From the NCBI GenBank assembly GCA_051313645.2, contig JBNRSN020000004.1, positions 204,662,001 through 204,726,000 of the forward strand: a stretch of DNA of 64,000 nucleotides. Direction: 5' to 3'. This stretch comes from Centroscyllium fabricii (taxonomy: Eukaryota). Below the pieces are notes generated by a model. That model was not told the origin of the DNA. It saw nothing but the letters and a program-made list of their open reading frames with translations, and did not search any database. Of the stretch, positions 51,995 through 64,000 are shown in pieces. A program made the position numbers and the translations under genes. Within the stretch, counting starts at the first letter, position 1, and the number at the start of each line of letters is the position of its first letter.

Positions 51995-53546
51995 CTGTAT
52001 GCAAAAAAAGACTCACGCACAATAGAGATTTTATGTCATTCTGCTAAATTGACGACTGCAAATGCAAAATAACAAAACACTTTGGCTGACTGCATTTGAG
52101 TGACTAGACTGCCAGGATGAAAGGGTTGTAAGTGGCCAGTGAATGCCATTTAATTAGTCTTTGCTGTGTTAGCATTTGAATGGCTGCTTAACTTTAAAAG
52201 CTGCCATTGTTTTGCCTTTCTGCTAATGATTGCAATCCTTGCCTTGCTTTAGATTTATATGGATGAAATTAGATGGAATTAGAAAAGCAATGCACTGGCT
52301 GCTAACTTTTGCAATAAGATGTCGTGCCACAGTCGTCTTTTAAAGCAATATTGTGACACCTTTTCGAGCGCCATCAAATGATATGTTTTAAATCACCGTA
52401 TTGACAATTGCACTTAAGCAAAGTCTTGACAAGTGTTTTGTTTTGGGTAAGTGAATAGCTAAAGAATCTACCCTAGTTTTTATTTACATTTATTCTATTT
52501 ATCTACGCATGTATTTATTCCAATTAAATAAGTATGTTGAGCACCAAACTCCTGTTCAGAGACTTCTCTTGATCTCAGTGGAGCGGCAGTTGGCACACTA
52601 CGACTGGCTTCAGCACGCCTGACTGGGAAGAGAATATATGAAACAGTAAATGTACATATTTCTTTAACCATTTGACCTCACTGGAACATAATTTTTACTG
52701 AAACAAATGCATTCACTCTTTTTGGGAGGGGCCAGGGGACAACAGTTCAAGTTGTAAGCATGAAACTACTGAAACACACATCAGAAGTGTGGCTCACCCA
52801 ATACCTAACCTGTTACCCGGAAATTAAAAAAGAATCAGTCAAAGAATATTACAGCAGAGAAACAGGCCATTTAGCCCAGCAAGTCTATGTTGGTGTTTAT
52901 CTCCCTGTAAGCTACCTAGTCTAATCTCACGCTCCTGCTTACTCTCCATGCCCTTTACAACAACAACAACAACAACTTGCATTTAAATAGCGCCTTTAAC
53001 ACAGTAAAACATCTTAAGGTATTTCACATGAGCGTTATTAGACAAAATTTGACACTGAGTTATGTTGTGGCTAACTGCCTACTGTAAATAAAACCAGGTC
53101 CACGCAGTTTTCTGGGAGCTTCAGCACTTTTATTTCACTGTCTCACAGTACACACATGAGGTTCTGTATCCTCCATTACACACTGCTAGCTTTTTGGTTT
53201 CGGTTTCAGAATGCTTCAACATAAGAGTCCTGTGTACAGCAATAGTGACTTCAAAATAAAAATCCTGCCCATAGCAGCATTAAACATTACATCTCCCTTC
53301 AACAACAAAAATGTTCCTGCAAGGCAATGAACACATATGCATAAAGGCACATCGCTTAATCTTATGTCATAGTGCAAATGTCCTTCTTCTAGTGCAGAAT
53401 AAACTTTTTTTCTCACACAACAGGTAAGTGTAGCAAATTACATAGTATGTAGTATAACAAGTCACAAACAGGTAAATGCAACAGGTCACATAACAGGTTT
53501 TTTTTTTAAAATAGGGCAGCGTTCTTCGTACACCCTTTACAATCAT

Positions 53547-54533
53547 TTATAAGTCAAGGACTTGCCTTGGCTTAATGGCACGACCATACCTTGTGCGGGG
53601 ATACGGCCCAGAGTGATCTGGTTCGCACACTGAACCATGGTGAGGTTGCTGTTTCCTTGGTTCACCTTGTCCAGTGATCAGGTCGTCCGCGCTGATCTCA
53701 GGCTGCTGTATGTTGGGTGTGGGCTTGTCGTCTCGGGTGTCGAGATGGTGCCGTCGGTTGCGCCTGAAGGTCTGTCCATCGCTGGTTTCGATGCGGTAGC
53801 TTCGTGGAGTTTCTGCAGTTTGGATGACTGTTGTTGGTTTCCACGTACCATCTTCCTGCTGGAAGTGGATGGGCGCTCCGGCATGCAGTGTTGGCAGCGG
53901 CCGAGCAGACCTGTTGTACTGCTGTTTCTGGCGTCGCTGGCAGTCCTCTCTCCTTGCTCGCACTGTTCTCTGAGGGGCTACCTGAGGTTGTAACTGTAGT
54001 GTTGTTGTTGGTAAGATAGAGCGCAGCCTGCGGCTCATCAGGATTTGGGCTGGAGATTTGAGGCCGTCGACCGGTGTGTTCCTATACTCCAGCAGGCTGA
54101 GGTATGGGTCTTTCTTGTCCTCTCTGGTCTTTGTGAGGATCCGCTTTGCGGTTTGGACAGTCTTTTCGGCTAGCCCGTTGCTCTGGGGATAATGCGGGCT
54201 TGAAGTGACATGCTGGAAACCCCATGACTCTACAAACTGTTGGAATTCACGTGAGTTGTAACATGGCCCGTTGTCGCTAACGACTTTTTTTGGTATGCCG
54301 TGTCTAGCAAACACTGTTTTCATTTTGTGGATAACAGCAGCTGAGGTGATGCTGTGCAGGCGTTCAATTTCAAAGTACCTGCTGAGGTAGTCACATATGA
54401 CGATGTAGTTCTCGGAGTTCCAGGCGAATAGATCTGTTGCTACAGCCTGCCATGGGTTCTCTGGGATAGCCTGTGAGAGCATGGGTTCCTTTGTGTTGGC
54501 GTTGCGGTGTGTTTGGCATATGTCACACTTCAT
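53547..54533 (-). pseudogene. Gypsy integrase
   Basis: CDIC, PWQAVATDLF, VSDNGP, SSPHYPQSNGLAEKTVQ, RRNRRH, RTRYGR. Confidence 0.9.
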
Positions 54534-54574
54534 TACTGTTTCCTCTATCTGTTAACTCATGCCTGGCCAAAACA

Positions 54575-56671
54575 TTATTTCCCTGGCCCTGTGTTTGCTT
54601 TTCTCCACTCCGAAATGTCCCGTGTGTATGCGCTGTAGATGTTTGTTCTGAGCTTCTGTGGAATAATTATCTTCTCACCTTTTAGAAGGATTCCATCGGC
54701 CTCTGTGATCTCGTCGCGGTGGTTCCAGTATTCGCTGATGTGTGGGTGACACCTTTTTCTCATCTCCGGCCAGCCTGACCGAATGACCTGCTTGAGGGTG
54801 GACAGCTGCTCGTCCTGGGCTGTGGCTGCCTTGATGTCATCTAGCCTGTCTGCACTCACAGGAGCTGCGCTGATGACGGTGTGTACCTGGGTCTCCATAG
54901 CCTCAGATAGTGAACTGTCCTCGTCATCCATGGATTTTCTTGACAGCGTGTCGGCCACCGGGATCTCTTTGCCCGGTCTGTGGATGAGTGTTATGCTGTA
55001 TTTCTGCAGCGCGAGCATCATGCGCTGTAGACGTGGTGGTGCGAGGGCTAGTGGCTTGCGGAGTATTGTCTCTAGTGGCTTGTGGTCTGATTCCACAGTT
55101 ACGCGTCGCCCACAGATGTATTTGTGGAATCTCTTACACCCGTATAGGACTGCATAAAGCTCCTTTTCGATTTGGGCGTAGTTTTGCTCCGTGTTATTAA
55201 GCAGCTTTGATGCATATGCAACCGGTCTGCCTTCCTGCATGATGGTTGCACCCAGGCCATTTTTCGACGCATCCACTTGGAGTGTCACTTCCTTTTCAGG
55301 ATCAAAATAGGCTAACACTGGCCCCGGTTCAGCTGTGATAGTGTCCTTCATCTGCTGAAACGCTTTCTCATGTGCTGTGTCCCATTTGAACTTTGTGTCA
55401 CGTCTTAGCAGGTGTCTGAGCGGTGCACTCACCTCAGCCAGGTTGGGAGCGAATCTGGCGAGGTAATTCACCATGCCGAGGATCGTCTCCAGCTCTGCCT
55501 CGTTTTCTGGCGGCTGCATGTCTCTGACGGCTTTCACCTTGGAAGGGTCTGGTTTCAGGCCATTGGCTGTAAGTCTATGGCTGAAGTAGCTCACTTCGGA
55601 CACACAGATGCGGCATTTGTCCGGGTTCAGCCGCACCCCTCTCTCTCTGGTCCGGCTGAGCATGGCTCTGAGGTTGCGGTCATGCTCCTCTCTTGTCTTT
55701 CCAAACATGACGATGTCGTCCACGATGCCGGCCACTCCATTGAGGCCCTCGTATGTCTCATCTACCCTCCTCTGGAATTCGGCCTGGGCAGACACGATGC
55801 CGAAGGACAGTCTGAGAAAACGGTATCTGCCATAGATGGAGTTGAATGTAGTGAGCAGTGATGACTCCTCACTGAGTTTGATAGCCCAATAGCCCGATCT
55901 TGCATCTAAGACGCTGAAGTATTTCGCCCCAGCCAGTTTGGATGTTACATCCTCAAGTGTGGGTAGGGGATAGTATGGCTGTTGTATTGCTTTGTTCAAT
56001 GGCCGTGGGTCCAGGCATACTCGGAGCTTGTGTGTTTTTGGCTTATCACACGTTACCAGGGCGTTAACCCACTGGGTAGGCTCAGTCACTTTACAGATTA
56101 TGCCGTCCCTTTCCATGTTGTCTAACTCTGTTTTTAAGCGTTCTCTTAGGGCAAATAGTACCCTCCGTGGCGGGCAAACCACTGGTGCTACGCTAGGGTC
56201 TATCCTGAAACTGCACTCACCCTGGAATTCACCGATGCCTTTGAAAACATCTGCGTACTCACTCAGTACGTTAGCCGACTGCACTCGCACGTCGCATTCT
56301 TCCTCACTGGTGTCGGTGACTGCATATACCACCTTGATGAGTCCCAGGGCTTTACACGCTCTGTAGCCTAGGATGGGTGGGCCGTTGCAGTCTACGATGT
56401 AGAACTTCTGGGTGGTTGACTTATTCTTGTATCTGCCTACCAGGTTGCAATAACCGTTCACTTTCAGCAGATGCCCCCCGTAGCCAAGTAGCTTACGCTT
56501 GTCAGTCATTAGTGGTGTGCTGGGCATGAGCTTGTCAAAGTCTTTTGCAGGTATCACGCTCGTTTGTGCTCCAGTATCTAATTTGAATGTCATTTTTTTA
56601 TTCTGTGGTCCCAGTCCTATGCCTGCATACGCACTATCCTCATCTTCCTTCTCTGATGTAACAGTGTCCAC
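54575..56671 (-). pseudogene. Gypsy pol (protease, RT, RNase H), frameshifted before integrase
   Basis: FKLDTGA, LRVCLDPRPLN, SVLDARSGYW, IVDD, QVDAS, YAQIEKE, DHKPL. Confidence 0.9.
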
Positions 56672-56787
56672 AAACAGCTCCGAGTCAAAATCCTCATCCC
56701 CTTTTCAACAGTGTGTACATCTCTGTGTCCTGTTCTGCTTGGAGTATGGGACTTTGATTTACATGCTCTTGCAAAGTGGTTGAATTT

Positions 56788-57522
56788 TCAGCACTTTAAG
56801 CACTGTTTTCCCTTTGCTGGGCATTCTGCTAGCTTGTTGTGGTGTCCTCCACACGCACTACATGCTTTGTTAAACGTCTTCGGGCTTTCGTTTTGCCTGC
56901 TAGCATTTCTTGCAGTGCCTGGCTTTCCTGCCTTGTGGTGTATTGCGTGCACTTCATGGCTGTCACTAGCCATAGCCTTTAGCTGCACCTGTGCTAGCTC
57001 ATAGGAGCAGGCTATATCGATTGCCTTATCTAGCGTGAGCTCCGGTCCCTGACTAAGCAACTTCTCCCTTACTCTAGGTGAGTTGGTGGCAAATACTATA
57101 CGGTCCCTGACCATTTCCTCGCTATTTGCATAGTTGCAGTCTTTAACAAGCATTTTGAGCTCCGTTACGAAACGCTCAAATGACTCACCACTCCCCTGCG
57201 TCTTCTCGTGAAATTTGTACCTGGCGAATATGGGGTTAGCTTTCGGCGTGAGGTATGCTGAAAATCCGTCATAATATGTTTTTAACACTTTTGCATCGTC
57301 CTCACTCACTGTCCAAGTGTTTCTTATGTCCCGTCCTTTGTCCCCGATCCACAGTAGGAGGAAACTGCATTTCTCTTCCTCCGTTTTCCTTTTAAGCGGG
57401 CCTGCGAACATGAGCTCGGCTTGTTGTCTGAATCGCCGCCATGCATCAGGCAGGTTGGGTGATTCCCACTCCAACCTTGGGTAGGGACACCGAAAGCTTC
57501 CATTATTTCTTTTTTTTTTCAA
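56788..57522 (-). pseudogene. Gypsy gag, interrupted by a stop in the second zinc knuckle
   Basis: W..F.Q...L.F, RYKFHEKTQGSGESF, MVRDRIV, LTLDKAI, CSACGGHH...CPAKGKQCLKC*. Confidence 0.88.
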
Positions 57523-58344
57523 GTGGGTTCTTATTTACTCTGACACCATGTTGTGGCTAATAAAACCAGGTCCACACAGTTTTCTGGGAGATTCAGCACT
57601 TTTAATTCACTGTCTCACAGTACACACATGAGGTTCTGTATCCTCCATTACACACTGCTAGCTTTTTGGTTTCGGTTTCAGAATGTTTCAACATAAGAGT
57701 CCTGTGTACAGCAATAGTGACTTCAAAATAAAAGTCCTGCCCATAGCAGCATTAAACATTACAAGTTACATAAAGAGATATTCGGATAGGTGACTAAAAG
57801 ATTTGCCACACAGATAGGTTTTAAGAGCAACTTAAAGGAAGAAAGAGAGGTAGAGAAGCAGAAAAGTGTAAACAGCGAATTCCAGAGCTTTAGGGCCTAG
57901 ACAGCTGAAGGAATGGCCACCAATGGTAGAGCAAAGAAGGTCGGGAATGCGCAAGAGACCAGAATAGGAGAAGCACAGAGATCTCGGGCGGTTGCGGGGC
58001 TGGAGGAAGTTAAAGAGATGAGGAGGGGCAAGGCCATGGAGGGGCTTTATCACAAGGATATGAAATTTTAAATCGAGGATTGCTGAACCGGGAGCCAATA
58101 TAGGTCAGCAAGCACCGCAGTGATGAGTGAGCAGAACTTGGTGTGAGTTACGATACGGGCAGCAGAGTTTTGGATGAGCTAAAGTTTACAAACGATGATA
58201 GGTGGGACACGTAGGTATGTAAGGAGGAAAAGATTAGCGAAAGTAAACATGGGTCCCTTACAGGCTGAGACAGGAGAAATTATAATAGGGAGTAAGGAAA
58301 TGGCAGAGGCATTAAACAAATACTTTGTGTCTGTCTTCATGGAA

Positions 58345-58732
58345 ACATAGAAACATAGAAACTAGGAGCAGGAGTAGGCCATTCGGCCCTTCGAGCCATT
58401 CAATGAGATCATGGCTGATTATCCAAACCCAGCACCCCGCCCCTGCACTCCCCCCATATCCCTATCAAGCCTGCACCGACACACATCCCACCCTATCCCC
58501 GTAACCCCACATATTTAATGCCCCTAACACTAAGGGTCAATTTATCATGGCCAATCAACCTAATCCGCACATCTTTGGACTGTGGGAGGAAACCGGAGCA
58601 CCCGGAGGAAACCCACGCAGACACGGGGAGAATGTGCAAACTCCACACAGATAGTACCCCAGGCTGGATATGAACCCGGGTCTCCAGAGCTGTGAGGCAA
58701 CAGTGCTAACCACTGTGCCACCGTGCCGCCCC
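58345..58732 (-). mobile_element. HE1-like V-SINE inserted in a CR1 fragment (58200-58856)
   Basis: Near-identical to 23004-23407 apart from short deletions; GGAA flanks both sides. Confidence 0.9.
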
Positions 58733-59363
58733 GGAAGAAGATGCAAAAAACCTCTTGGAAATAGTGGAGGGCCAAGGGTCTAGTGAGAATGGGGAACTGA
58801 AAGAAATGAGTATCAGTAAAAAAAATGTACTGGTGAAATTAATGGGACTGAAAGCCAAGCCAGAGTGAGGCCCGAGAGCAGACCCGAGGTGGGAGCAGCA
58901 GAGCAGCAGCTTTAAAAGGCGCTGAGGCAGCAGTGAGGCGGGCTGAGGCCCATTCAGCTGCGGATAAGGAGGTAACAAAATAATCAAAGGGTGATGTCAC
59001 CAGAAAGCAGGTAAGTGATTGTCTGGGAATATTTTCTCTCCTTCAAAATTAAAAAACCTTAACTGTATTGTCGGGGTGACTGAATTTAATTTAAGTTTTT
59101 CAAGTAATTAAAGGGTAGTAGCAGAAGGAGAGAAATAAATAAATAAATTAAAAATTTGGTGGGCAATTCTCTTTTTGAAGAACTTCAATTTCTGTTGTTT
59201 TTTCCCCTCGGGTCTCTAAATAGATCACCAACTCTTGTGTAAATTGGTGGGAGTGATTTGATTTGGGAGGCTTGTATTTTCTTGGATCTCTGTGGTTTTG
59301 CCGTAGAAGCGCCCTAGTGTTAATTGGTGGTTTGAATTAGTGTAAATTAATACAAGGTAAGTC

Positions 59364-60308
59364 ATGTCAGGTGAGCTCAGAGCCATGATCTGCTCCTCCT
59401 GCTGCATGTGGGAAGTCAGGGACACTGCTGAGATCCCTGATGAACATGTGTGCGGGAAATGCATCCACCTGCAGCACCTGACAAGCCGCATTGAGGCACT
59501 GAAGCTGAGGGTGGATGAGTTTTGGAGCATTCGCGATGCTGAGAGGCTCGTGGATAGCATGTATAGTGAGCTGGTCACACCGCAGGCTATGGGTGTACAG
59601 GCAGAAGGGAAATGGGTGACCATCAGGAGGAGTGATAGAAAAAGGCAGGTAGAGCAGGGGACCTCTGTGGGCATCCCCCTCGCAAACAAGTATACCATTT
59701 TGGATACTGTTGGGGGGGATGACTTTCCAGGGGAAGACGGCAGCAGCCAACTTCCTGGCACCGGGGGTGTTTCTGCTGTTCAGCATGGGAGGAAAAGGAG
59801 TGGGAGAGCAATGGTGGTAGGGGACTCTATTGTAAGGGGAGCAGATAGGCGTTTCTGTGGCCGTAGACGTGACTCCAGGATGGTATGTTGCCTCCCTGGG
59901 GCCAGGGTCAAGGATGTCACTAAACGGCTGCAGGGCATCCTGGAGGGGGAGGGCAACCAGTCAGAGGTCGTGGTTCACATTGGGACCAACGACATAGGTA
60001 AAAAGGGGGATGAGGTTCTGCAGCAGGAATTCAGGGAGCTAGGTAGAGGATTAAGGTGCAGGACCTCAAAGGTTGTAATCTCTGGATTACTCCCTGTGCC
60101 ACGAGCTAGTGAGTATAGGAATAGAAGGATAAAGCAGCTTAATGCGTGGCTGAAGAGTTGGTGTAGGAGGGAGGGCGTTAGTTTCCTGGATCATTGGGAT
60201 TGCTTCTGGGGAAGGTGGGACTTGTACAAGTCGGACGGTCTCCACCTTAACCAGAACGGGACCAATATCCTTGCGGGAAGGTTTGCTAGCACTGTTGGGG
60301 TGGTTTAA
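59364..60308 (+). CDS. CR1 ORF1p: zinc finger/leucine zipper plus SGNH esterase domain; intact 314 aa
   Basis: CSSC...CGKC, heptad leucines, VVGDSIVR, CLPGA, HIGTND, DGLHLN. Confidence 0.9.
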   Translation: MSGELRAMICSSCCMWEVRDTAEIPDEHVCGKCIHLQHLTSRIEALKLRVDEFWSIRDAERLVDSMYSELVTPQAMGVQAEGKWVTIRRSDRKRQVEQGTSVGIPLANKYTILDTVGGDDFPGEDGSSQLPGTGGVSAVQHGRKRSGRAMVVGDSIVRGADRRFCGRRRDSRMVCCLPGARVKDVTKRLQGILEGEGNQSEVVVHIGTNDIGKKGDEVLQQEFRELGRGLRCRTSKVVISGLLPVPRASEYRNRRIKQLNAWLKSWCRREGVSFLDHWDCFWGRWDLYKSDGLHLNQNGTNILAGRFASTVGVV

Positions 60309-62618
60309 ACTAACTTGGCAGGGGGATGGGATAAAGAGGGGAGCAAAAATAGGGGGTGATGTGCAGACAAATATAGAGGAAAAAATAAGTCAGATTGGAA
60401 GGAAGAACAAATATGTCTCGGCACAAGGGGGTAGGGCAAGGTTAAATGGCATTTATTTTAATGCAAGGAGTCTGGCGAATAAGGGGGATGAATTGAAGGT
60501 GTTGTTAAACACATGGGAATATGATATTGTTGCCATTACAGAGACATGGTTGAGGGAGGGGCAGGACTGGCAGCTCAATATTCTAGGGTATAGAATCTTC
60601 AGGCAAGACAGGGAGGGGGGGAAAAGAGGAGGGGGTGTTGCGATATTAATTAAGGAGTCAATTACTGCCTTAAGAAGGGATGATATATTGGCAGGGTCCT
60701 CTAATGAGGCTATTTGGGTGTAACTTAAAAATAAGAAGGGGGCAAGCACATTACTGGGAGTATACTACAGACCCCCAAACAGTCAGAGGGAAATAGAGGA
60801 ACAGATTTGCAGCCAAATCTCGGAGGAGTGTGGAAATAATAGGGTAGTAATAGTAGGGGATTTCAACTTCCCCAATATTGACTGGGATAGCCAAAGTGTG
60901 AAGGGCTTAGAGGGTGTAGAATTCTTAAAGTGCATCCAGGAGAGCTTTTTGAGCCAGTATGTAGGAAGTCCTACAAGGGAGGGGGCGGTATTAGAATTAA
61001 TTCTGGGAAATGAGGACGGGCAAGTGGAAGAAATGTCAGTAGCAGAGCACTTTGGGGACAGTGACCATAATTCAGTAATATTTAAGGTAATAATGGAAAA
61101 GGACAAAGATGGACCAGAAATAAAGGTTCTAAATTGGGGCAAGGCCGATTTTAATATGGTAAGGCAGGAGCTGGCCCAAGTGGACTGGGACCAGCTACTC
61201 GAAGGAAAGTCCGCATCAGAATAGTGGGAGGCGTTCAGAAAGGAAATTGAGAAAGTACAAGGGAAACATGTTCCCCTAAAGGTCAAGGGTGGGACCAATA
61301 AGCCCAGGGAACCTTGGATGTCAAGGGATATACGTAAATTGATTCGGAAAAAAGGGGGGCTTTCGGCAGACATAAAGAACAGAGGAGGCTCTAGAGGAGT
61401 ATAGAAGGTGCAGGGGGTTACTTAAAAAAGAAATTAGGAGAGCGAGGAGGGGCCATGAGATAACCCTGGCAGGCAGAATAAAAGAAAATCCTAAGATGTT
61501 TTATAATGTGGCGACACGCCCACCAGGACCATCGAATCCGCCTCGGGAGTACTGCGAGACAGCCCCGCCCGCCGGGCGGCGTGATGACGTCACCGCGTCT
61601 TCCGGCGTGATGACGTCGCCAGGTGGACACCCGGCAGTGACGTCACCAACCGCGGGTCCTTTAAATACCTTGGTCCCAGGTGGCTCACTCTCTTTGCTAC
61701 CTGGCCATAGTTGTGTTAACATTAAATGATTGTTTTCCGAATCCTCTGTGTCCAGCGTGGTTCTTCAGGCCTGCATGCCTCTACAATAAGTATATTAAGG
61801 GCAAGAGGATAACGAGGGAAAGGGTGGGGCCCATTAGGGAGCAAAGTGGGAGTCTGTGTATAGAGCCAGAGGATGTGGGTGGGGTTTTGAATGAATTTTT
61901 TGATCTGTGTTCACTGTGGAGAAGTGCGATGTGGACAGAGAAATAAGACAGGAGGAATGCGATACACTTGATCATATTAGTATTGACAGGGAGGAGGTAC
62001 TAGCGGTTTTAGCAGGCTTAAAAGTGGATAAGTCTCCAGGCCCTGACGAGATGTATCCCAGGCTGCTGGGTGAGGCTAAGGAAGAGATTGCAGGGGCTCT
62101 GACACAAATTTTCAGAACCTCTCTGGCCACAGGGGATGTGCGGGAGGACTGGAGAATGGCCAATGTAGTGCCATTATTCAAGAAAGGTAGTAGGGATAAA
62201 CCAGGGATAAACAGGCTGGTGAGCCTGACATCAGTGGTGGAGAAATTACTAGAAAAAATCCTGAGGGACAGAATTAGTCTCCACTTGGAGAGGCAATGAT
62301 TAATTAAGGATAGTCAGCATGGCTTCATCAAGGGAAGATCATGTCTGACTAATTTGATTGAATTTTTTGAAGGGGTGACCAGGTGTGTGGATGAGGGTAG
62401 TGCAGTGGATGTGGTATACATGGATTTTAGTAAGGCTTTTGATAAGGTCCCACATAGGAGACTGGTCAAGAAGGTAAGAGCCCATGGGATCCAGGGCACC
62501 TTGGCACAGTGGATCCAAAACTGGCTTAGTGACAGGAGGCAGAGGGTGATGGTTGAAGGTTGTTTTTGTGACTGGAAGCCTGTGTCCAGTGGGGTACCGC
62601 AGGGATCGGTGTTGGGTC
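60309..62618 (+). pseudogene. CR1 ORF2 (APE endonuclease and RT), with stops and frameshifts
   Basis: YFNARSL, AITETW, GDFNFP, GDSDHN, KSPGPD, VPLFKKG, DFSKAFDKVPH; stops at ~60721, ~61222 and ~62297. Confidence 0.9.
61507..61785 (+). mobile_element. Solo LTR (279 bp) related to the LTRs of 29443-33893
   Basis: TG...CA, 4-bp TSD ATAA; shares tgtggcg.cacgcccac, cgaatccgcc, tgacgtcaccaaccgcggg and tttaaata with the provirus LTR. Confidence 0.92.
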
Positions 62619-64000
62619 TGTAAGGTCGCAATATTCCAAGTCAAAACGGATTTACAAAGACCAGAAACGAAGGGATGGAGTATACATGTTTCTTTTATTG
62701 AACAATGGCAGACAGGACAGGCTGCGGCCTGATCAGAGAAAAGGGGCCTCCAAGATGGCCACCGGACCACATGGCATAGTGTAAAACGAAACCAAAACCC
62801 AATTCGGAAAAGCCCGCGAAGAAGCCAGACATGAAGGCGCTGTTAAACCTGTAAATAAGTAGCCAGCCCCTCAGAAACCGCTTAGCCCCACAAAGAAATG
62901 CACCCAGTTAAATAAGCACCCGATAAAGCTGCAAATATTGAAATTACTGGCCGTTTAGCCAGACACAAGATTTACACAGCAAGCCCGCATTAAAGCGATT
63001 AGCACCCTTGCAAAAACAATGGGGGCTCTAACGGAGAGGTTAGGGTGCCATCAAACCATTACCAGCAGGCTTGGCTGGACAAAGGAATGCAGTAACCGTT
63101 TTTCAAAACACAATACCTGCCTAATGGGAAAGACATTAGCTTCACAGTATAACTGGCAGGACATTTCTACAATTCGCTCTCTTGGAACGCTCTCAGCTCT
63201 CTGATGACTTAGGACTCGTGGAGGCGACCTCTTGAAGCGGTGAGGTCTCTCTTGGAAACTCTTCTTCTTCTGTGGGCTCTCTGGAGAGAGCTCTCTTCAC
63301 ATCTCTGACTCTCTGGAAGAGGGGGTCTCTCGAATATCTCGCAGCGTGGAAATCTCTCTTGGGAAAGAGCTCTTGGAGAAGGCTCTTGGAGGCGACCTCT
63401 TGAAGCGGTGAGGTCCCTGAACAGAACTTTTGAGCTTTAGCAGTAACTTTGGGTGGGCTCTCTGTTTCGAAGACTCCAGTTCAGCTTTCTGGGTGCAGGG
63501 CAAGCAGGGTGCAGGCTCTGGCAGGACAGCAGAGTTGGGTTAGGGCAGTATCGCATCGGAAAACCATTGCTGGTGAGGTAGTTGGTTGTTGGGCCCCATT
63601 AGTAGCATCTTGTTGAACACGGCGATTAAGCTATCATTCGAAGAGTGGGAAAGCAAGTAGGCTAGCAGCCCGTTACAGTTCGGCTTGAGAGGGCAGGATC
63701 GGCATACCCCAGGGTCCGGTTCAGCCAGGGAGACGGTGCGGTTGGTGCGAGGAGATAGAGCAGCCTCGAGGAACCCGTCCGGGACCAGCCCAAGCAGGAG
63801 CGACCGCCGCCCAAAGGGAGAAGACAACAAGTGGACTCCCGAATCTTCCACAGCCACGTGACGACCGACGCTGCAGCCGAGGAAACGAAGGACTTCGTAG
63901 CAGACCCCGAGTATTACCGAGTGGTGAGCATGTGCCTCGATCCTACACACCTGGACATAGCTAGGCAATAGAGGGAAGGGTGGTTTATTTGGGGTGTATT
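62619..64000 (-). mobile_element. Probable long LTR inserted into the CR1 RT; runs off the right edge
   Basis: Abrupt switch at TGTAAGG; AATAAA on the minus strand at ~62694-62699; the other end and TSD are not visible. Confidence 0.55.

Larger units (their letters stand above)
53063..57763 (-). mobile_element. Full-length Ty3/Gypsy LTR retrotransposon, moderately decayed
   Basis: LTRs 53063-53291 (229 bp) and 57549-57763 (215 bp; 14-bp deletion plus 5 substitutions seen), 5-bp TSD AGTTA, PBS TGGTGTCAGA (tRNA-Leu-like), PPT gaagggaga. Confidence 0.95.
52957..58200 (-). mobile_element. L2 LINE 3' fragment split by the Gypsy insertion (52957-53062 and 57764-58200)
   Basis: (caa)n tail plus L2 3' end on the left; on the right KFHILVIKPLHGLAPPHL...IGGHSFSCLGP, typical of the L2 ORF2 C-terminus. 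Confidence 0.8.
58857..62618 (+). mobile_element. Long CR1 LINE (5' UTR, ORF1, ORF2 up to mid-RT)
   Basis: 5' UTR, complete ORF1, then APE endonuclease and RT motifs; cut at SGVPQGSVLG by an LTR. Confidence 0.92.

Noticed and set aside
63201-63262. CTGATGA...GAAA hammerhead-like spacing
   Set aside because: No convincing stem I or III, and no stem II closing next to the core.

Overview
This is repeat-rich vertebrate DNA, most likely shark (chondrichthyan), judged from the HE1/V-SINE, Deu-domain SacSINE1-like SINE, CR1, L2 and Penelope repeats. Bases 1-19175 are a 39/42-bp minisatellite (roughly 450 units, with higher-order blocks). It is interrupted at 16085-17085 by a 1-kb solo LTR that holds three diverged ~160-nt repeats sharing a covarying RNA fold, which is the most novel-looking item. 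The rest is nested transposable elements: a very young Ty3/Gypsy provirus (29443-33893) inside an old Gypsy relic, and a second full-length Gypsy (53063-57763) inside an L2. There is also a decayed two-gene PIF/Harbinger transposon with several MITEs, Penelope termini carrying a minimal hammerhead ribozyme, and a long CR1 with an intact esterase ORF1 that is hit by two more LTRs. The only host-gene signal is a 39-nt phase-0 microexon candidate on the minus strand (51956-51994), so the window may be intronic. Family names come from recalled motifs, not database searches.
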